Source of the DNA: an uncultured cyanobacterium
Lineage (GTDB): Bacteria > Cyanobacteriota > Cyanobacteriia > Pseudanabaenales > Pseudanabaenaceae
DNA length: 64,000 nucleotides
Assembly (NCBI GenBank): GCA_963703315.1
Contig: OY969811.1
Location: 1,216,001-1,280,000, forward strand
Direction of reading: 5' to 3'
How positions within the stretch are numbered: the first letter of the stretch is position 1; each line of letters opens with the position of its first letter. The position numbers and the translations under genes were made by a program. The notes under the pieces were generated by a model that worked only from the letters and a program-made list of their open reading frames with translations, was not told the origin of the DNA and searched no databases. Below are positions 59,671-64,000 of the stretch, piece by piece.

Positions 59671-60049
59671 ATTCGTCGTCGTCTGCACCAACTTGACGCA
59701 GATGAATATGTTTGCGTCCGAGGCGAATTTCTAATTCATCACCAGCCTGTAGACCCATCAGTTGTGTGTAAGCAGAGCCAATTAGTAGGTTGCCATTTTT
59801 TTGGACACTAACGCGATAACTCGCACTGCGTCCGCCTTTGCCACTACCTTTTGCTTCAAGCTCAACCCCATCAGCTTCCATCAAAGCATTGTAAAACTTC
59901 ATCAAGTTAACACGAGCTTGATTGTTTTTGGTAATGGTTGCGTATCCACAAGCTTTAGCTTTTTCTTCTTTCGACAGATGCTCTAGTTCTTTGACTTTCT
60001 GTAATAATGCTTCACCAGAGAGTTGGACAGGTTGTTTGATTTTTGCCAT
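59669..60049 (-). CDS. Cyanobacterial AbrB-like transcriptional regulator (cyAbrB)
   Basis: L.G.ALL.KVKEL, AKACGY and GR.ASYRVSVQKNGNLLIGSAYT..MGL..GDE.EI.LGRKHI motifs. Confidence 0.92.
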   Translation of the reverse strand: MAKIKQPVQLSGEALLQKVKELEHLSKEEKAKACGYATITKNNQARVNLMKFYNALMEADGVELEAKGSGKGGRSASYRVSVQKNGNLLIGSAYTQLMGLQAGDELEIRLGRKHIHLRQVGADDDE

Positions 60050-60625
60050 AGGTTTCTAACAGTTTTGTATCTAATAATTGTATTTTAGTATCTAAGATAA
60101 ATGTACTATTCGTCAAATTTTTTAGCTAAATCTATAAGCTATTTATTTTTATAGATCACTACCATCAATTTCTAATTATTGAAAGAAATCAATAGTCAAG
60201 TATTATTCTGTTAAATCATCTAGTTCAAATACTTTAAGCCTATAATTTCTTAGGAAATCTATATAAAAATCAAGTATATTGCTAGCAATTTCATCCAAAT
60301 ATAAAATTATGTCGAGATAAGTAATTCCCCTTAGAAAAACATTGTTTTATGATAGTCATTGCTGTGTCTTTACTTCTCAGAGCTTGAGTACAAGAGCTTA
60401 CCTGCAAAGACAGTTGCTGAAACAATTCTCAGGATTACCAACCAAATTTGATGAAGACGTAAAACCCAAATAAATGGTAGAGGCGCTATTTATTTGGGTT
60501 TTGATTAGTCCCAACTCACTCAAGCATTGCGATATTCGTGTTATCAGCTACAGTCGCAATGTCATCTATAGCTCACAATAGTTGCAATAGTCTATGAGTA
60601 GCGATCGCTTTCGCCCAAATAAGCA

Positions 60626-62317
60626 ATGAAACCCCGCATTATTATCTGTGGTTTAGATCGAACGGGTTACAAAATTTTAAGTCTGCTCAAACAGCAAGGC
60701 TGTCTTGTGGTGGGTATTCACGATCGCCCGATCCATCAAGCTGATGCGGAAATTATTATTGGCGATTTGGCGGCGGCAGAAACTCTATTAGCTGCTGGAA
60801 TTCGCGATGCTCAAACCTTGATTTTGGCAGGGGCTGATGAGACTCGCAATCTCACAATTTTAATGCAAGCACGGGTTCTTAATCCGAGTGTGAGAATTAT
60901 TAATCGTTTGTTTAATTCTAGTTTGGGAATACGCCTAGATTTAACTTTACCCAATCATCTGACTATGAGTGTGGCGGCTCTGGCTGCGCCTGTATTTGCT
61001 TTTAGTGCGATGGGTAGCCAAGCGATCGGGCAGTTGAGACTCTTTAATCAGACTTGGCCAATTCACGAAGAATACATTGATGAGCGCCATCCTTGGTTTG
61101 GAAAACCCCTATCGGACTTTTGGGAAGATCGCACGAGGATGTTGATCTATTACCTACCCTACGACGAGAGCAAAGTTGATCTGGTGAGTGCGGTACTAAG
61201 TGGTCGGACATTGCAAATCGGCGATCGCCTATTACTAGGTACACAGCCCAGTGTGAGAACGGCATCACGCCCGATCTTACAAAAAATATCCAAGCTATTG
61301 ATGAGCTTTCGCCACTTTCATGAGCATGGCAAAGCGGTGTTATTTACCGCGATCACGTTACTCTTAACGATTTTTTCGGCAACTGTGGTCTATACCAGCT
61401 TTCAGATGAAAGTTTCCTTAGTAGATGCGCTCTATTTCTCCGTGGGAATGATTACAGGGGCGGGGGGGAATGAAGGCGTAGTCGAATCTTCACCTGACAG
61501 CATCAAGGTTTTTACAATTATCATGATGTTGATTGGAACTGCGGTAATCGGCATTTTCTACGCGATTTTAAATGATTTTATTCTCGGCTCGCGGCTAAGA
61601 AACTTCTGGGATGCAGCGCGAGTGCCACAACGCAATCATATTGTGATTTGTGGTTTGGGAAGTGTTGGTGTCCAGACTGCACTGCAACTAGTCAGCTATG
61701 GTTACGAAGTTCTTGTCATTGAACGTGACTTAAATAATCGTTTTTTAGATACGGTGCGATCGCAAAATATTCCTGTCATTCATGGTGATGCGAGTTTGCC
61801 TACCACACTCAAAGCGGCAAATCTTGATAAAGCCGAAAGTTTACTCGCTGTCACCAGTAACGATACAGCCAATCTCGAAATTGCCCTGAATGCCAAGGGA
61901 ATCGCGCCCCGTTGTCGGGTAGTCGTGCGTTATGACGATCCTTACTATGCAAGCATGGCACAGGAAGTATTTGATTTTGAAGCAGTTCTCAGTCCTCCTG
62001 AAATTGCGGCTCCAGCCTTTGCTTCTTCGGCTCTCGGTGGGCGCATTCTTGGCAATGGTATCGTCGCTGATAGTCTCTGGGTAGCGATCGCCACCATGAT
62101 TACGCCTAATCATCCATTTTGTGGAAAACCTGTCTGTGAAGCCTCGATGACTGCGGATTTTGTGCCTCTTTATATTGAAACCGCCTGTCAAACTATTCAT
62201 GGATGGAGCTTGCTAGAAGCTTCTCTCAGTGCAGGAGATATCCTCTATTTGACGATGCCAGCAGCTAAATTAGAACAACTCTGGCGAGTCGCGCCTTTTC
62301 AAGTAGCAGTTGGCTAA
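60626..62317 (+). CDS. TrkA-domain (RCK) ion channel family protein
   Basis: Two TrkA_N domains (IICGLD, ICGLGSVG) flanking a channel segment DALYFSVGMITGAGG. Confidence 0.85.
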   Translation: MKPRIIICGLDRTGYKILSLLKQQGCLVVGIHDRPIHQADAEIIIGDLAAAETLLAAGIRDAQTLILAGADETRNLTILMQARVLNPSVRIINRLFNSSLGIRLDLTLPNHLTMSVAALAAPVFAFSAMGSQAIGQLRLFNQTWPIHEEYIDERHPWFGKPLSDFWEDRTRMLIYYLPYDESKVDLVSAVLSGRTLQIGDRLLLGTQPSVRTASRPILQKISKLLMSFRHFHEHGKAVLFTAITLLLTIFSATVVYTSFQMKVSLVDALYFSVGMITGAGGNEGVVESSPDSIKVFTIIMMLIGTAVIGIFYAILNDFILGSRLRNFWDAARVPQRNHIVICGLGSVGVQTALQLVSYGYEVLVIERDLNNRFLDTVRSQNIPVIHGDASLPTTLKAANLDKAESLLAVTSNDTANLEIALNAKGIAPRCRVVVRYDDPYYASMAQEVFDFEAVLSPPEIAAPAFASSALGGRILGNGIVADSLWVAIATMITPNHPFCGKPVCEASMTADFVPLYIETACQTIHGWSLLEASLSAGDILYLTMPAAKLEQLWRVAPFQVAVG

Positions 62318-62372
62318 AGAACCAGATTTTTAGTGGCGCGGCAAAGCCGCGCCACTAAAAATCTGGTTCTTT
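62317..62372. repeat. GC-apex palindrome / probable terminator
   Basis: AAGAACCAGATTTTTAGTGGCGCGGC-AAA-GCCGCGCCACTAAAAATCTGGTTCTT. Confidence 0.78.
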
Positions 62373-62434
62373 TCTGTATAATTCAACAAAGGCGTTGTAT
62401 AGCAACATCTTTGTTGTTAATTAGATAAAACTTC

Positions 62435-62974
62435 ATGACTGAGCTTTGTGCGATCGCCCTCGGTAGTAACTTAAGCAATGAAATCGGGGACTCCCAAAAA
62501 ATTGTCAGAGCCGCGATCGCGCAACTCGCAAACCATCCAGAGATTGAGGTGGTGCGGGTGTCGCGTTGGTATCGGACTAAGGCGATTACCTTGCCAAATT
62601 CTGCACCACAGCCTGACTACATTAATGGTTGTGCAGTTTTAAAAACAATCCTGAATCCCTTGCAGCTATTACAAGCGCTATTTTATACAGAGCAGTTTTT
62701 TGGACGCGAACGCCGCGAACGTTGGGGCGCCAGAACGCTCGATCTAGATTTATTGCTTTATGGTGATCGCCTCATGGATACGCCCGAATTAGTTCTGCCC
62801 CATCCGCGCATGAGCGATCGCGCCTTTGTACTGTTACCCCTAGCCGAGATTGCCGCCGATTGGATGCATCCTTTAACGGGGATGACAATTTCGCAATTAG
62901 CCAAAAATCCTCCTGATTTAGATTTGAGCTATCCAATCGCCATTGAGTCTGAAGATTTATATGCGATCGCTTAA
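62435..62974 (+). CDS. folK: 2-amino-4-hydroxy-6-hydroxymethyldihydropteridine diphosphokinase
   Basis: IALGSNL, QPDYIN, RWGARTLDLDLL and LPHPRM..RAFVL.PL motifs. Confidence 0.95.
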   Translation: MTELCAIALGSNLSNEIGDSQKIVRAAIAQLANHPEIEVVRVSRWYRTKAITLPNSAPQPDYINGCAVLKTILNPLQLLQALFYTEQFFGRERRERWGARTLDLDLLLYGDRLMDTPELVLPHPRMSDRAFVLLPLAEIAADWMHPLTGMTISQLAKNPPDLDLSYPIAIESEDLYAIA

Positions 62975-62989
62975 TCGTTTTTAGTCAAA

Positions 62990-63250
62990 TCAATCATAAA
63001 CTTCTCTTCTATGCCTAATTCGATTAATAAAAATTATCTTTTCTTCTCGGTCAAATTCATAAATTACTCGATAATCGCCAACTCTTAATTTATAGAAACC
63101 TGACAAGTTAGCCGTTAAGGCTTGGGGTATGATTTCGTCAAATTTATCAATTAACCAATCAATTTTTTTGGTAATGTGAGCTTGCACTGTTTGAGTTAGT
63201 TTCTCTAAGTCTGCAAATGAGCTTGGACTATATTCAACAAAATAGGTCAT
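62990..63250 (-). CDS. RelE/ParE family type II toxin
   Basis: L.G.YKLRVGDYRVIY...I..I.HRREVY. Confidence 0.88.
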   Translation of the reverse strand: MTYFVEYSPSSFADLEKLTQTVQAHITKKIDWLIDKFDEIIPQALTANLSGFYKLRVGDYRVIYEFDREEKIIFINRIRHRREVYD

Positions 63251-63465
63251 TTGACCGTTAATCCCAGTCTTTCTTTTACTTCTGCTGATGACATATTTTT
63301 ACTTCCTTCCTGTCTTTGCTTGCGAGTTTCTAATAGCTCTTGTTGAAATTGTGACTTGACCATTTTTTCGGCATCAGGATCTGGCAAAAGATCTTCTAAT
63401 GATTCGATAACGGTTTCGCGAATTACAGCTTTTAGTTCTTCAATGGTGAGATCTTTAACTTGCAT
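63247..63465 (-). CDS. Putative cognate antitoxin
   Basis: 72 aa; MQVKDLT.EELK..IRE; 4-nt overlap directly upstream of the toxin. Confidence 0.75.
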   Translation of the reverse strand: MQVKDLTIEELKAVIRETVIESLEDLLPDPDAEKMVKSQFQQELLETRKQRQEGSKNMSSAEVKERLGLTVK

Positions 63466-63535
63466 AATTAAGTTACGGCTCGACGTGGTGGTTATTTAAG
63501 TATGCCATAAAAAATCAGCGAGATCGCTTTGTCAT

Positions 63536-63640
63536 TAAGTAGTTAAGCATAAGTAAACTTAAAACCCAAATTGCCGTGCCGCCCGCGTAGCAGGCGGTAC
63601 GGCAATCTGGGTTTGGTTTATAACTATACCAAGCTACTTA
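63536..63640. mobile_element. TAAGTAG-family MITE-like element
   Basis: TAAGTAGTT...AGCTACTTA ends; internal ATTGCCGTGCCGCC/GGCGGTACGGCAAT stem; related to 17368-17471. Confidence 0.68.
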
Positions 63641-63727
63641 ACTATATTCAGTCTCTTTCTATCCTGAGCAACTAGGCGATCGCCCAGCCAAAACATCAAA
63701 CAAACTAAAGATGAGATCTTAACTCCT

Positions 63728-64000
63728 CTACTGCTCAGCGATGTTATCAATTTTCTCGCGAATTGATAGTTGGATAAGGGAGCGCAGCAAAGAAAAGCCA
63801 CAGAAACCCGCACCGACAAAGGCAGCGATCGCCCAACTCGTATAAGTACCATTAATACCCACTAAAAGAATTGCTCCAGCTAAGACAAAGAATCCTGTTA
63901 AACAAGCATAGATCAGCGCTTTTACGGCAATGTTAATGCGTTTAAGCGTGCGATCGCTTTCAGTAGACTTAACCTGAATCATTAACTCACCGCGTTCAAT
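63728..64000 (-). CDS. 3' end of a gene running off the window, probably an ABC1/AarF/UbiB kinase
   Basis: Frame open to the window end; ERGEL...V...ESDR.L.R followed by two TM helices, typical of cyanobacterial ABC1 kinase C-termini. Confidence 0.6.
   Translation of the reverse strand: MERGELMIQVKSTESDRTLKRINIAVKALIYACLTGFFVLAGAILLVGINGTYTSWAIAAFVGAGFCGFSLLRSLIQLSIREKIDNIAEQ

Noticed and set aside
60050..60625. ncRNA or small ORF in the long AT-rich region upstream of cyAbrB
   Set aside because: Only a degenerate AAAACCCAAATAAAT...ATTTATTTGGGTTTT hairpin (~60461-60503) is visible; nothing else can be supported.

Overview
Chromosomal window from a cyanobacterium. Evidence: very frequent HIP1 octamers (GCGATCGC), plus psb29, ycf20, ycf55, cyAbrB, a CdgR/ComFB protein and Uma2 genes. 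Gene content and repeat style resemble Pseudanabaena (inference). Most of the window is housekeeping (dnaE 5' part, ispG, ruvB, type II NADH dehydrogenase, dnaX, idi, phoH-like, leuA, yajQ, cynS, mntCAB, ahcY, recF, folK). Best novel candidate: an AT-rich two-gene cassette at 3405-7315. It encodes a double-NTPase protein (P-loop NTPase fused to a PtuA/AAA_21-like ABC ATPase, with an EAD1-like helical domain inside the ABC module) followed by an HNH nuclease, i.e. a Septu-like defence system of unusual architecture. Other candidates: a signal-peptide EndoU toxin with two probable immunity genes; an OsmC / acyl-CoA dehydrogenase-like / cyanase cluster; a TPS haemagglutinin-CHAT protease-DUF928 module; an FHA-reductase with degenerate motifs; and an inverted pair of ManR-like boxes. 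Intergenic regions carry many modular ~100-150 bp MITE/REP-like elements and GC-NNN-GC hairpins, and one short repeat sits in-frame in a GH94 gene. No rRNA, tRNA, CRISPR array or transposase was seen. All family calls are by eye; no database searches were run.
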